Program-made: the position numbers and the translations under genes
In this document: positions 21,257 through 31,187 of the stretch, in pieces
Layout: each line of letters begins with the position of its first letter
How positions within the stretch are numbered: position 1 is the stretch's first letter
Assembly (NCBI GenBank): GCA_041752695.1
Contig: JBGSVZ010000027.1
Coordinates: 32,001 to 96,000, forward strand
DNA length: 64,000 bases
Direction: 5' to 3'
Source: Terrimicrobiaceae bacterium
GTDB taxonomy: Bacteria > Verrucomicrobiota > Verrucomicrobiia > Chthoniobacterales > Terrimicrobiaceae
Notes under the pieces: generated by a model
Database searches by the model: none
The model's input: the letters and a program-made list of their open reading frames with translations, nothing else
Told to the model about the DNA's origin: nothing

Positions 21257-24200
21257 CTAAGGCTGGTATTCGAACTTGTCGATCCCCACGAAGTTCCCGG
21301 TCGAACTTGTGTTCCTGGTTTCCACGACAGCCCTCAAGGTGTTCAGTTGACTCGGCAGAGTTGCCGTTTCGTAGATCTTGAACTGGTTGATGACGGACGG
21401 CGAATAGCAATCCACGGTTTGCGTGAGGGTCCCATTCACATAGATCTTCAGCTTGCCGAGGTTCGAAGCCTTCTTGACGAACAAGCTCGCGCGGGTGCCC
21501 GTGAACTTAAACTCGACGTAGCTTCCTACAATGTTCGCCACGGACTTCGTCCCGTTGTAAAAAGTCGGGTCGGCGGGGAGTGTGGCATTGGGGGAGTGGG
21601 TCCAGTTGGAAGTTGCCGAATACGTCAGGCTGTAAGCAGGCAGGTTTGAGACTATCGGGTTGTCCACGGTGACGGGAGGCAATTGCGGTGAGGGGGCCAC
21701 GAACTTGACGCCGTCGGCGATGACATTGCCATTCGCCCCCGTATTGCTGACGGTTACGTTCCCCGCAGTCCCCGCAGCAAAAGGAAACGAGCCGAGCAGA
21801 AGCCAATCTCCGCCGTTGATGCGCTGGTTCATGATGAACTGCTGCGCGCCGGCGGCATGATTGACCGTCACCATGGCATTGGAGGCGTTCACGCTGTTCA
21901 TCGTGTGGCGGATATAGACCTTAAAGGTCGCGGCGAACGGCAGTGTCGGTGTGAATTGTACGCTCTTGGGGACACTCGCCGCGGTGTTGTTGTCGTGCCG
22001 ATAGTCCGTTCCATAATAATAATCCTGACTCCTCCCCGAGATCCAGGCAGCGGAATTAGGCAGAAGCGTCACCCCGGCGCTTTCCGTATCCAACTCGATG
22101 GAGACGTGATCCAAGGGTTGCACCGTTCCCGGTCCGCCCCGGGTCACGAAATAATCAAGACCGACATAGCTGCCCGTGGACGGCGATTGGCCTGCGACGA
22201 CCGTGGCGCGCAAGGTATTTCCAGGCCCGGCGGGAAACGCATTGGCTTCGTAGAGTTTCACCTGGTCCTTCGCGGTGCCGGAATAACAATTGACCGTAGC
22301 CACGACGGGCCCGCCGTTGTGGCTGAATGCCAGTTTCCCAAAATTCGGTCCTGTCTTCCCGTAAACCTCCACGGAGGTGCCTGAAAACGTGAACTCCATC
22401 ATGTTCCCGGGTGTGTTGGAATTGAGGCGTGTGCCATCGTAGGCGGCTGAATCAGGGATATGACTGAAGACGCCGGGTTGGGAGGCCGTTCCGGAGGGAG
22501 CGAATATTACCGACGCGTCGGTGGTATCGGTATAATAGGCAGCGGTGGGATCGGGATTCGATCCGCCTCCGGCCTCATGGGCACCGATATCGATGCGGCC
22601 CTGGTTGAGGCTGTTGCCCCAATAATCGTTCGTGGCCAGAACGACCGGCGTGGTGAGAGGGCGGCCGCGGTTGATGAGCGGGGACGACCCGAGGAGCTTG
22701 TAGGGATCGGCGATGTTTCTAAGAGCAGAAATTCTGTTCGCCGCGGGAACAATTTGAAAAGTTTGTGGATTAAATAACGCGTTGGGCGCATCACCTGTGG
22801 GGAACGGTCCCGCCATCTGCGGATTGGCGGTGATTTGATAGGGATCGTCCACATCGGGCGTATGACCGAAATAGGCATTGTTCGAAAACACGGGCCGTCG
22901 CGGATACGTGCCGCTCGATGCGTAAAAGATATTGTTGGTGAAATAGGACGATTCGACATCCTTGATATTGATTCCTTCCGGACGGTTGTTGAAAAACACA
23001 TTGTTGTGGATGTGTGCCGTGCTGACGCCGACCCGGGGATCGATGCCGAATTGGGATCTGGAGCCGGTATTTCGCCCGTCGTTGACGCTCACATTGTAAC
23101 GATAGACCACGGTCTTGGGTAGATTAGGCTGAGTGTCGGGACTGGCGACCTTGCGCGGCATGACAATTAATACTCCCCCGGCGTTTTCGTGGGTGTAGTT
23201 GTATTGAAAGATATGGGAATCCCAAGTGCCGTAGTCCACGTCGAAGGCCTGGGAATCGCCGCGGTTGATGCCTTGGTTCACGGTCCGCGCCACCTCGTTG
23301 TATTGGAAGAGGGAATTCCGGGTGTGGTAGCAGACCCACATTCCGGCCTGGGTCAGATTGTTATCTTGTTTGGCGTTGACTCCGGCATCGTACCCGGCGT
23401 TGTTCTCGATCAGCGGAGCATCGGCGCATTGGACGAGGATGTGGTCTCCGCCGGTCTTGTTCATGGTATTGTTGCGGATGATGAAGTTGTCGGCCCAAAG
23501 CTCCTTGGCGGTGGCATCCGCCACCGGATCGGTAACCGAACCGGCATAGTTCGAAGAGCCGACGGATTGGATGCTTAGGCAATGGGTGTCGTGAATGTAA
23601 TTACCCTCGATGAGGAGCCCATCCACCTTGACCCGCTGATTGGCAGATGTTCCGTTGAACCGCACAAAAATCGCCGCCTGGCTGTAGTTGTTGCCGTTTT
23701 CGCGGCCGGTCAGGCCCCAGACGTCGGTGATCTCGTTGTTGCGGATGATCACATCACGAAGCACCGTAGTTTGACCGGGAGGCGTGGTGGTCGACGAATA
23801 GAATTGTATATAGATGCCGCTGCGCGGCGCTTCAGTGGTGCCCGTGTGCGTGATCTTGAAACTTTCAAACGTACAATACGATGGGCTCTCCAGCAGGACG
23901 GCTGGCTCATTCGCGGATTGTCCCTGCAGGAGGGGGGCCGGGTCTGTCGCGATACCGTAGTCTTTGAATACCACCCTCGCCGTGCCGCTGCCTTGGCAGA
24001 CCGGATTCAGTCTTCCGGTCCAGGTCCCGCCTCTTTTGAAGTGAATGGTATCACCGGGACCAAACTTGACGCCATTGGGCTTGTTGAGCTTGGCATAGGT
24101 TTTCCAGGGGGTGGCCGTTGTTGTGCCTGAATAGCTGTCGAGGCCGTTCGCGGAATCCACGTAATAGTCAACCGCGACTGCAAAGGGAACGATTGCCACG

Positions 24201-24280
24201 GCGATTGTCGCGAAGCAAAGAGCTCTTAGGGGGCGAAGGTTCGTTCGGCAGGAAACTCTGCTTACGGAGTGATTTTTCAT
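21257..24280 (-). CDS. right-handed beta-helix protein (GH136-like) with C-terminal carbohydrate-binding-type modules
   Basis: YYVDSANGLD..PWKT..FGPGDTIHFKRG start; FQYNEV, GDSQAFDVD, FQYNYTHEN; two FxGTxxxLY/VYGK modules and an NQRINGGDWLLLG..VIADGVKF module. Confidence 0.75.
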   Translation of the reverse strand: MKNHSVSRVSCRTNLRPLRALCFATIAVAIVPFAVAVDYYVDSANGLDSYSGTTTATPWKTYAKLNKPNGVKFGPGDTIHFKRGGTWTGRLNPVCQGSGTARVVFKDYGIATDPAPLLQGQSANEPAVLLESPSYCTFESFKITHTGTTEAPRSGIYIQFYSSTTTPPGQTTVLRDVIIRNNEITDVWGLTGRENGNNYSQAAIFVRFNGTSANQRVKVDGLLIEGNYIHDTHCLSIQSVGSSNYAGSVTDPVADATAKELWADNFIIRNNTMNKTGGDHILVQCADAPLIENNAGYDAGVNAKQDNNLTQAGMWVCYHTRNSLFQYNEVARTVNQGINRGDSQAFDVDYGTWDSHIFQYNYTHENAGGVLIVMPRKVASPDTQPNLPKTVVYRYNVSVNDGRNTGSRSQFGIDPRVGVSTAHIHNNVFFNNRPEGINIKDVESSYFTNNIFYASSGTYPRRPVFSNNAYFGHTPDVDDPYQITANPQMAGPFPTGDAPNALFNPQTFQIVPAANRISALRNIADPYKLLGSSPLINRGRPLTTPVVLATNDYWGNSLNQGRIDIGAHEAGGGSNPDPTAAYYTDTTDASVIFAPSGTASQPGVFSHIPDSAAYDGTRLNSNTPGNMMEFTFSGTSVEVYGKTGPNFGKLAFSHNGGPVVATVNCYSGTAKDQVKLYEANAFPAGPGNTLRATVVAGQSPSTGSYVGLDYFVTRGGPGTVQPLDHVSIELDTESAGVTLLPNSAAWISGRSQDYYYGTDYRHDNNTAASVPKSVQFTPTLPFAATFKVYIRHTMNSVNASNAMVTVNHAAGAQQFIMNQRINGGDWLLLGSFPFAAGTAGNVTVSNTGANGNVIADGVKFVAPSPQLPPVTVDNPIVSNLPAYSLTYSATSNWTHSPNATLPADPTFYNGTKSVANIVGSYVEFKFTGTRASLFVKKASNLGKLKIYVNGTLTQTVDCYSPSVINQFKIYETATLPSQLNTLRAVVETRNTSSTGNFVGIDKFEYQP

Positions 24281-24536
24281 TTTGGGGGGGCGGTCGGTGG
24301 GTCATGGTTTTTGATGGGAAAATATCCCCGGGATGTCACCGACCCTCGCGGGCTTAGCATAGGCGCGAATCTTGTCTCAAGAGGTTCCGCGCTTAACCGT
24401 TAACGAAACCTAATGCGGAAACGGATACCCAGGCATTGCAGCTCTTAGGCAATGGTGGGGCCGCCCCGATTCGTCGGCAGGTGCGGCGATCCGGCAGAAA
24501 AACAGGGCAAAACCAGCGCGGTGGCCTGCGACTGCG

Positions 24537-25583
24537 TCAGGGCGACTTCACACACCGAAACCCGAGGTGCTGCAAGGCGGTGTCGGGGCTGGTGCGGCTA
24601 CGACGGCCGGGTTGGTAACCCAGGCAATAGGTATCCGAGCAGAGGAACGAGCCGCCGCGCATGACTTTTTTTGGCAGGCCGGCTTCGTCGGGATCGTGAC
24701 TGTCCGCGGGCCCGGCGGGATTTTTTTCCGGGCTGTTTTTGTAATAATCGGGACGGTACCAATCGGCCGTCCATTCCCAGACGTTGCCGGACATGTCGTG
24801 GAGGCCGAAGGCGTTGGGCGGGTAGGACTTCACAGGGGCGGAGCGTGGCCATCCGTCCTCCGCGGAGTTTTTGGTGGGAAATTCCCCGGTCCAGATGTTG
24901 GCCATCATTTTCCCGTCGGTGAGTTTTTGGTCGCCCCAGACGTAGTTCTTGCGGTCGAGGCCGCCGCGGGCGGCGTATTCCCATTCGGCCTCGGTGGGCA
25001 GCCGTTTCCCCGCCCATTTGGCGTAGGCGGCGGCGTCTTCCCACGACACCTGAACGACCGGGTGATCCATCCGGTCGGCGAGGGAACTGTCGGGGCCCTC
25101 CGGGTGTTTCCAACTGGCCCCAGGCTGCCAGCGCCACCACTGGAAAAAATCCGTCAGCGAGGTCGCACGGGGAGGTTCGAAAAAAACGAGTGCGCCGGGT
25201 TCGACGGGTTCCTTGAGGGAGCCAATGAACTCCCGCGATAGCCCCGCAGAAAATTCCTCTGAGACGACGGGACGTTCCGCCACGGTGACATAACCGGTGG
25301 CCTCGACAAATTTTTGGAAGTCCGCGTTGGTCACCTCGGTCTGGTCCATCCAAAAGCCATCAAGGGTGACTTGGTGAACCGGGAGGCTGTCGGCGGGACC
25401 TGAGGCGTTGCCCATGGAAAACGTGCCCCCGGGCACCCAGACCATGCCGGGGGGGGGCTCGCCGGCAAGGGCGGAAAGCGGAAGGAGGAAGGCGAAAAGG
25501 AGGCCGGTTGGAGTCCAGCCTTTAGGCTGTCTGAAAACGGAGCAGGCTAAAGTTTGGACTCCAGCGAAAGCAGGAAATTTCAT
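24537..25583 (-). CDS. formylglycine-generating enzyme (SUMF1/FGE)
   Basis: HPVVQVSWEDA, RLPTEAEWEYAARGG, GNVWEW, RGGSFLCSDTYC with both catalytic Cys; ATG 25583 overlaps the anSME stop. Confidence 0.88.
   Translation of the reverse strand: MKFPAFAGVQTLACSVFRQPKGWTPTGLLFAFLLPLSALAGEPPPGMVWVPGGTFSMGNASGPADSLPVHQVTLDGFWMDQTEVTNADFQKFVEATGYVTVAERPVVSEEFSAGLSREFIGSLKEPVEPGALVFFEPPRATSLTDFFQWWRWQPGASWKHPEGPDSSLADRMDHPVVQVSWEDAAAYAKWAGKRLPTEAEWEYAARGGLDRKNYVWGDQKLTDGKMMANIWTGEFPTKNSAEDGWPRSAPVKSYPPNAFGLHDMSGNVWEWTADWYRPDYYKNSPEKNPAGPADSHDPDEAGLPKKVMRGGSFLCSDTYCLGYQPGRRSRTSPDTALQHLGFRCVKSP
25508..25564. repeat. GGAG-type REP doublet inside the FGE 5' coding region
   Basis: TTGGAGTCCAGCCTTTAGGCTG ... 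CAGGCTAAAGTTTGGACTCCAG. Confidence 0.8.
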
Positions 25584-26833
25584 CGGAATTCGCGCATGAT
25601 TTCGGCCGGGGCGCGGCCCGCCTGAAGGAGAGAGCCCATCTGGCGCATGGCGGGGGCGGTGTGATGGAAGAATTTTTTGTAGCCGGAACAGAAATAGTTG
25701 AGTCCGGCCTCGCCATCCGGCGTGCGGATGAAGCGGTGCTTCGGGCATTCGCCGTGGCAAAGGTGGCGCACGTCGCAGGAGCGGCAGTATTGCGGCAGGG
25801 TGTCGGCTTTGTCGCTGCCGAAACGGCGCTGCTCGGCGGACCCCACCATTTCTCCGAGGCTCTGGTTGAGGACATTGCCGAGTTTATAGCGGGGGTAAAC
25901 GTAGTGGTCGCAGGAATAGACGTCGCCATTGTGTTCCATCGCGAGGGCCGTGCCACATTTTTCACTAAAAACGCAGAGCCCGCCACCGCTGCCGATGGTG
26001 TTGCCGAGGGTCACATCAAAAATCTGCACATACGTCTTGCCCACGTCGCGGCGCACCCATTCGTCGAAGATCGTGCTGAGAAACTCCCCGTATTGGCGGG
26101 GTTCGACGCTCCAGTCGGTGACGGGCAGGCGTTTTTGACCCTCTTCGTCAGCGCGGGGCGGCACGGCCAGATCGAGTCCGAGTTTGGTGGCCTCGGCATC
26201 GGCCAGGCGTTCCACCAGGGGGATGAATTGGATAAACCCGGATCCAATGTCGCGGAGAAACCGATAGACTTCCAGCGGCTTGCGGGCGTTGACCCGATTC
26301 ACCACGGTGAGGGTGTTAAAATCGACCTGGTGCTTCTTGAGCACGCGCAGGCCGGCCACAACCTTGGCATAGGTCGCCCCGCCTTTTTTGTCCACCCGGT
26401 AGGCGTCGTGGAGTTTGGCGGGACCGTCGATGCTCAGGCCGACGAGGAATTGGTTTTCCTTTAAAAAGGCACCCCACTCGTCGTTCAAGAGGGTTCCGTT
26501 GGTCTGGAAAGCGTTGGAGATGGCCTTCCCCGCGGCGTATTTTTTTTGCAGCGCGACGATTTTTCGGAAGTATTCGACGCCAAGAAGAGTTGGTTCCCCA
26601 CCCTGCCAGGCGAACCCGATTTCGGGAACGTCCTGCTGTTCGATATATTGACGGATGTAACTTTCCAGCACCTCGTCGCGCATCTTGAAGTTCTCGTTCG
26701 GGGGGAAAAGTTTCTCCTTTTCCAGGTAGAAGCAGTATTTGCAATCGAGGTTGCAAATCGGCCCGATCGGCTTCGTCATCACATGGAAGGCCCGGATTTT
26801 CCCGGGGGCGGAGGCTGTCTCGGACACGGTCAT
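25580..26833 (-). CDS. anaerobic sulfatase-maturating radical SAM/SPASM enzyme
   Basis: CNLDCKYCFY, WQGGEPTL, SIDGP, YSCDHYVYP, C..C.....C.GECPK SPASM. Confidence 0.93.
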   Translation of the reverse strand: MTVSETASAPGKIRAFHVMTKPIGPICNLDCKYCFYLEKEKLFPPNENFKMRDEVLESYIRQYIEQQDVPEIGFAWQGGEPTLLGVEYFRKIVALQKKYAAGKAISNAFQTNGTLLNDEWGAFLKENQFLVGLSIDGPAKLHDAYRVDKKGGATYAKVVAGLRVLKKHQVDFNTLTVVNRVNARKPLEVYRFLRDIGSGFIQFIPLVERLADAEATKLGLDLAVPPRADEEGQKRLPVTDWSVEPRQYGEFLSTIFDEWVRRDVGKTYVQIFDVTLGNTIGSGGGLCVFSEKCGTALAMEHNGDVYSCDHYVYPRYKLGNVLNQSLGEMVGSAEQRRFGSDKADTLPQYCRSCDVRHLCHGECPKHRFIRTPDGEAGLNYFCSGYKKFFHHTAPAMRQMGSLLQAGRAPAEIMREFR

Positions 26834-26951
26834 TCCTGGCAAGCATAGGAGGTCTCGGGAAAGAATGCCGCGCTTTTTTCACCGGGGCAGGACGGTTTTT
26901 ATTTGGCGGGGACGGCGAGCCCCGGCATACGGTAGGGAAACTACCACGATT

Positions 26952-28082
26952 ATGCCTGTTACCGCCAAAGGACTCGAAGGAATCATCGCCAACTCCACGC
27001 GGCTGAGCGATGTATTGGGACAAGAAGGAACGCTGATCTATTCGGGCTACAATATTAATGAGCTCGCCGGAAAAGCCACCTACGAGGAAATTGTCCACCT
27101 CCTTTATCACGGGCATCTGCCGAACGCGAAGGAGCTCGAAGACCTGAAGGAATCCCTCGCTTCCCAGCGGGAACTGCCAGACGGGGTCGTCAATTTTCTG
27201 AAAAACGCCCCGAAGAGTGCAAACCCCATGGATGTGATGCGCACGGCGGTCTCCATGCTCGGCCTCTACGACAATGAGACGGAAGTCGAAGGCGAGACGG
27301 CCTCGGCCAATTTCCGGCGCGCGCTCAGCATCACGGCTAAAATCGGGGTCATCGCCGCGTATTTTCACCGCGCCCGTCAGGGCAAATCCCTCCCCGCCGT
27401 GCGGAAGGACCTCGGAGAGGCGGCGCATTTTCTCTATCTGCTCAACGATGCCGAACCCACCGCCGACGCGACCAAAACACTCGACGTGGCCTATGTCCTC
27501 CATGCCGACCACGGGATGAATGCCTCGACCTTCAGCGCCCGCGTCACCATCGCAACACTCAGCGACATCTTTTCCGCCGTCACCTCGGCCATCGGAACCC
27601 TGAAGGGCCCGCTCCATGGTGGGGCCAATGAGGGAGTGATTCACATGCTCAAGGAAATTGGCGATGAGGACAAAGTGGACGCCTGGGTGGAGGAGCAACT
27701 GGCGCAGAAAAAAAAGATCATGGGCATCGGCCACCGGGTCTACAAAGTACTCGATCCCCGTGCGCCGCACCTGCGCGCCATGGCCATCAAGCTCAGCAAC
27801 GAACTGGGCGAGCCGAAATGGATCCGCATGAGCGAGCGCATTGCGGAGATCATGAAAGAACGCAAGGGGCTCAATGCCAACGTCGATTTTTACTCCGCCA
27901 CGGTCTATTATTCGCTGGGGATCCCCACCGACATGTTCACGCCGATCTTTGCCATCGCCCGCACCTCCGGCTGGACGGCCCATGTGCTGGAGCAACTTGC
28001 GGACAACCGCCTGTACCGCCCGCTCAGCGAGTATGTCGGTCCGACCGTGGGCAAGACGTTCGTTCCCGTCGAGGAACGTTGA
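26952..28082 (+). CDS. gltA: citrate synthase
   Basis: GLEGI, HADHGMNAST, GPLHGGAN, MGIGHRVYK, NVDFYS. Confidence 0.95.
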   Translation: MPVTAKGLEGIIANSTRLSDVLGQEGTLIYSGYNINELAGKATYEEIVHLLYHGHLPNAKELEDLKESLASQRELPDGVVNFLKNAPKSANPMDVMRTAVSMLGLYDNETEVEGETASANFRRALSITAKIGVIAAYFHRARQGKSLPAVRKDLGEAAHFLYLLNDAEPTADATKTLDVAYVLHADHGMNASTFSARVTIATLSDIFSAVTSAIGTLKGPLHGGANEGVIHMLKEIGDEDKVDAWVEEQLAQKKKIMGIGHRVYKVLDPRAPHLRAMAIKLSNELGEPKWIRMSERIAEIMKERKGLNANVDFYSATVYYSLGIPTDMFTPIFAIARTSGWTAHVLEQLADNRLYRPLSEYVGPTVGKTFVPVEER

Positions 28083-28124
28083 CCGTGCATTGACTGCATG
28101 CATTGGGGGCCATACTCTCCATGC

Positions 28125-28370
28125 ATGAAGATCACCATGAACATCGACGACGCCCTGTTGGAGCGTGTGATGGCGTTGTCCGGGGCGAAAACCAAGACGG
28201 CGGCGGTGGATTACGCCCTGCGGGAAGTGGAGCGCCGCGAGGTACGGATGAAGCTTTTGCGGGAAGGCATGGAGATCGAAAAACGTCTTGAGGGTTCGGC
28301 CTTCTTTCCAGGCTATGACGTGATGGCTGCGCGCATCGCGGAGAAAGAAGCCCGCTATGGTACTGATTGA
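28125..28370 (+). CDS. vapB: VapB antitoxin
   Basis: MKITMNIDDALL..GAKTKTAAVDYAL RHH pattern; overlaps the PIN gene. Confidence 0.85.
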   Translation: MKITMNIDDALLERVMALSGAKTKTAAVDYALREVERREVRMKLLREGMEIEKRLEGSAFFPGYDVMAARIAEKEARYGTD

Positions 28371-28746
28371 CAGTACGATCTACATCGATTGGCAACGGAA
28401 CCGACAGGGGCTGACGAGCAGCCTCCTCTATTTTACGGAGTGTTACGAAGTGGCGGTTTGCGGCGTGATTTGCTGCGAGGTGGGCAGCGGAATTCGTGAT
28501 GGTGCGCTGAGGCGAAGTTTGAAGGCCATCTGGCAAACCCTGATTTATCTTCCGACGGACAATCTGCTCTGGGAAGAAGCTGAGGAGTTGCTTTGGAATC
28601 AGGGGCGAGAGGGAAAAAGGATTCCCCTGGCTGATGCGATCATGGCGAGCTGCGCCAAACGGGTGGACGCGACGATTTATACGCGCGACGGGCATTTTGA
28701 TGCGATCCCCGGCATCCGAGTTGCTCACCGCCTGGAGGATTTGTAA
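28357..28746 (+). CDS. vapC: VapC PIN-domain toxin
   Basis: VLIDSTIYID, CEV, LADAIMA, YTRDGHF. Confidence 0.88.
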   Translation: MVLIDSTIYIDWQRNRQGLTSSLLYFTECYEVAVCGVICCEVGSGIRDGALRRSLKAIWQTLIYLPTDNLLWEEAEELLWNQGREGKRIPLADAIMASCAKRVDATIYTRDGHFDAIPGIRVAHRLEDL

Positions 28747-28801
28747 CCGGACCAGATAATAAGACTGTCCAACCCGGCCATTTCGCCTTTCAATTTTTCC
28801 C

Positions 28802-31042
28802 ATGAATCCCTCGACCCTGCCCGACGACGATTTTTACCCCTTGATCGAAGCCCGGCACGGCGACCCGTTCAAACTTCTGGGAATTCGCGAATTCCAGGGA
28901 AGTCTCTTCGGCCGCGTCTGGCGACCGGATGTCGCCGAGGTGACGCTGGTGGATGTTCATGATGATGCCCGGCGTTTCCCGCTGACCAAGGTCCATCCGG
29001 ATGGTTTCTTTGAATCCGTCCTGCGGGGTGTCGAGCAGCCCTTTGAATACCGCCTCGAGATGAAAAGCGCGGAGGGCGTTCCCTGGGTCGAGCGGGACGC
29101 GTATTCGTTCGGTCCGGTGCTCGGCGAGATGGACATCTACCTTTTCAACGAAGGCACCCATTACGAGGTTTATAAAAAACTCGGCGCGCATGTGATGGAG
29201 CATGGCGGAGTGCAGGGCACGCACTTTGCGGTTTGGGCACCGAATGCCCAGCGGGTGAGCGTGACGGGGGATTTTAATCACTGGGACGGACGCGTCCACC
29301 CCATGCGCAAGATGGTTCCGGCCGGCATCTGGGAAATTTTCCTGCCCGGGGTGGGCGAGGGGTCGCACTACAAATTTGAGATCCGCGGGCCTCACGGCGA
29401 GGTCTTCCTCAAGACCGACCCGATGGCCTTTTACGCGCAGCATGGAACGTCCACGGGCTGCATGGTTTTCGACTTGAACCGCTACGGCTGGAGCGATGCG
29501 GAGTGGATGAAAAAACGCGCCGAGGGCGACCCCTACAACTCCCCCATGAGCATTTACGAGGTGCATCTCGGGTCGTGGCAGCGCGTGGCCGAGGACGGCA
29601 ACCGCTACATGAGCTACCTGGAGCTGGCCGACCGCCTCATTCCTTACGCCAAGGAAATGGGATTCACCCATCTCGAATTGCTGCCCGTGATGGAACATCC
29701 CTTCGACGGCTCGTGGGGCTACCAGGTGGTGAACTACTACGCTCCCACCAGCCGCCATGGCAATCCCGACGAGTTCCGCAACTTTGTGGACCGCTGCCAC
29801 CAGGCAGGCCTCGGCGTGATCCTCGATTGGGTGCCCGGACATTTTCCGAAGGACGCCCATGGCCTTGCGAGGTTCGATGGCACCTGCCTTTACGAACATG
29901 AGGATCCCCGCCTCGGCGAACACATGGATTGGGGCACTCTCATTTTCAACTACGGCCGTAATGAGGTGAAAAATTTCCTCATCGGAAATGCCCTTTTCTG
30001 GCTCGACGAATACCACCTCGACGGTTTGCGAGTCGATGCCGTGGCCTCCATGTTGTACCTCGATTACTCCCGGAAGGCCGGCGAATGGGTGCCGAATTGT
30101 TTTGGCGGACGCGAGAACCTCGACGCGATCAGTTTTCTCAAACGCTGCAACGAGGTCTGCTATGAACGGTTCCCCGGCGTCGCCACGATTGCCGAGGAAT
30201 CCACCTCCTGGCCGGGCGTGTCGCGTCCGACGTACGCAGGCGGGCTGGGTTTCGGCTTCAAGTGGAACATGGGCTGGATGAACGACAGCCTGCGGTACAT
30301 CAGCAAGGAACCCGTTCACCGCCGCTTCCATCAGGGAGAGATCACCTTCTCCATGCTCTACGCCTTTCACGAGCATTTCATCCTCGTCCTCAGCCACGAC
30401 GAAGTCGTGCATGGCAAGGGGTCGCTCATCGATAAAATGCCCGGCGACGCGTGGCAGAAGTTCGCCAACGTCCGTATGTTTCTCGCCTGGATGTGGGCGC
30501 ATCCGGGGAAAAAACTCCTCTTCCAGGGTATCGAATTCGGCCAGTGGAAGGAATGGAAACACGACCAGAGCCTCGACTGGCACCTCACCGGCCTGGCGGC
30601 CCACGACGGCCTGCGCCGACTTGTTCAACACTTAAACTGGCTCTACACCCACGAGCCTGCCTTCTACGAACTCGACGATAGCTACGATGGATTCGAATGG
30701 ATCGATTTTAACGACAGCGACAACAGCGTCTGGTCCTTCATGCGGAAGGACCGCGCAGGCGGCGTGATCGTTTTTGTGGTCAATGCCACCCCGGTCGTCC
30801 GAGGCGGCTACCGTGTCGGAGTCAACGCCCCCGGCTTCTACGAGGAAATTCTCAACACCGATGCCGAAACCTACGGCGGCAGCAACGTCGGCAACTACGG
30901 TGGCCGGGAAGCCGAAAATTGGGCCTGGCAGGGAAAAACCCACTCGCTCCTCATCGATATCCCACCGCTGGCGGTCGCGGCTTTCAAACGAGCGGCCCCG
31001 GAATCGGTCCCCGTACCGTTGGAGGGTCAGCTCCTGGTCTGA
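28802..31042 (+). CDS. glgB: 1,4-alpha-glucan branching enzyme
   Basis: FAVWAPNA, IYEVHLGSW, SWGYQ, GLRVDAVASM, AEESTSW, LSHDEVVHGK. Confidence 0.97.
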   Translation: MNPSTLPDDDFYPLIEARHGDPFKLLGIREFQGSLFGRVWRPDVAEVTLVDVHDDARRFPLTKVHPDGFFESVLRGVEQPFEYRLEMKSAEGVPWVERDAYSFGPVLGEMDIYLFNEGTHYEVYKKLGAHVMEHGGVQGTHFAVWAPNAQRVSVTGDFNHWDGRVHPMRKMVPAGIWEIFLPGVGEGSHYKFEIRGPHGEVFLKTDPMAFYAQHGTSTGCMVFDLNRYGWSDAEWMKKRAEGDPYNSPMSIYEVHLGSWQRVAEDGNRYMSYLELADRLIPYAKEMGFTHLELLPVMEHPFDGSWGYQVVNYYAPTSRHGNPDEFRNFVDRCHQAGLGVILDWVPGHFPKDAHGLARFDGTCLYEHEDPRLGEHMDWGTLIFNYGRNEVKNFLIGNALFWLDEYHLDGLRVDAVASMLYLDYSRKAGEWVPNCFGGRENLDAISFLKRCNEVCYERFPGVATIAEESTSWPGVSRPTYAGGLGFGFKWNMGWMNDSLRYISKEPVHRRFHQGEITFSMLYAFHEHFILVLSHDEVVHGKGSLIDKMPGDAWQKFANVRMFLAWMWAHPGKKLLFQGIEFGQWKEWKHDQSLDWHLTGLAAHDGLRRLVQHLNWLYTHEPAFYELDDSYDGFEWIDFNDSDNSVWSFMRKDRAGGVIVFVVNATPVVRGGYRVGVNAPGFYEEILNTDAETYGGSNVGNYGGREAENWAWQGKTHSLLIDIPPLAVAAFKRAAPESVPVPLEGQLLV

Positions 31043-31187
31043 CCCCATTCCGAACTGGACCCAACAATCGTCCCGCTCTCTTTGCCGCTCAAAGTCAGAA
31101 TTATGGAGAAAACTGACGGAATTGTGACAGAAAATCCGTTTGACTTTTGAGTAGGATGGAGTTGAATTTAACCCAGTTAACAAACTT

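Noticed and set aside
25584..25760. N-terminal extension of the FGE ORF in the track
   Set aside because: Overlaps anSME; ATG 25583 with an ATGA overlap is more plausible
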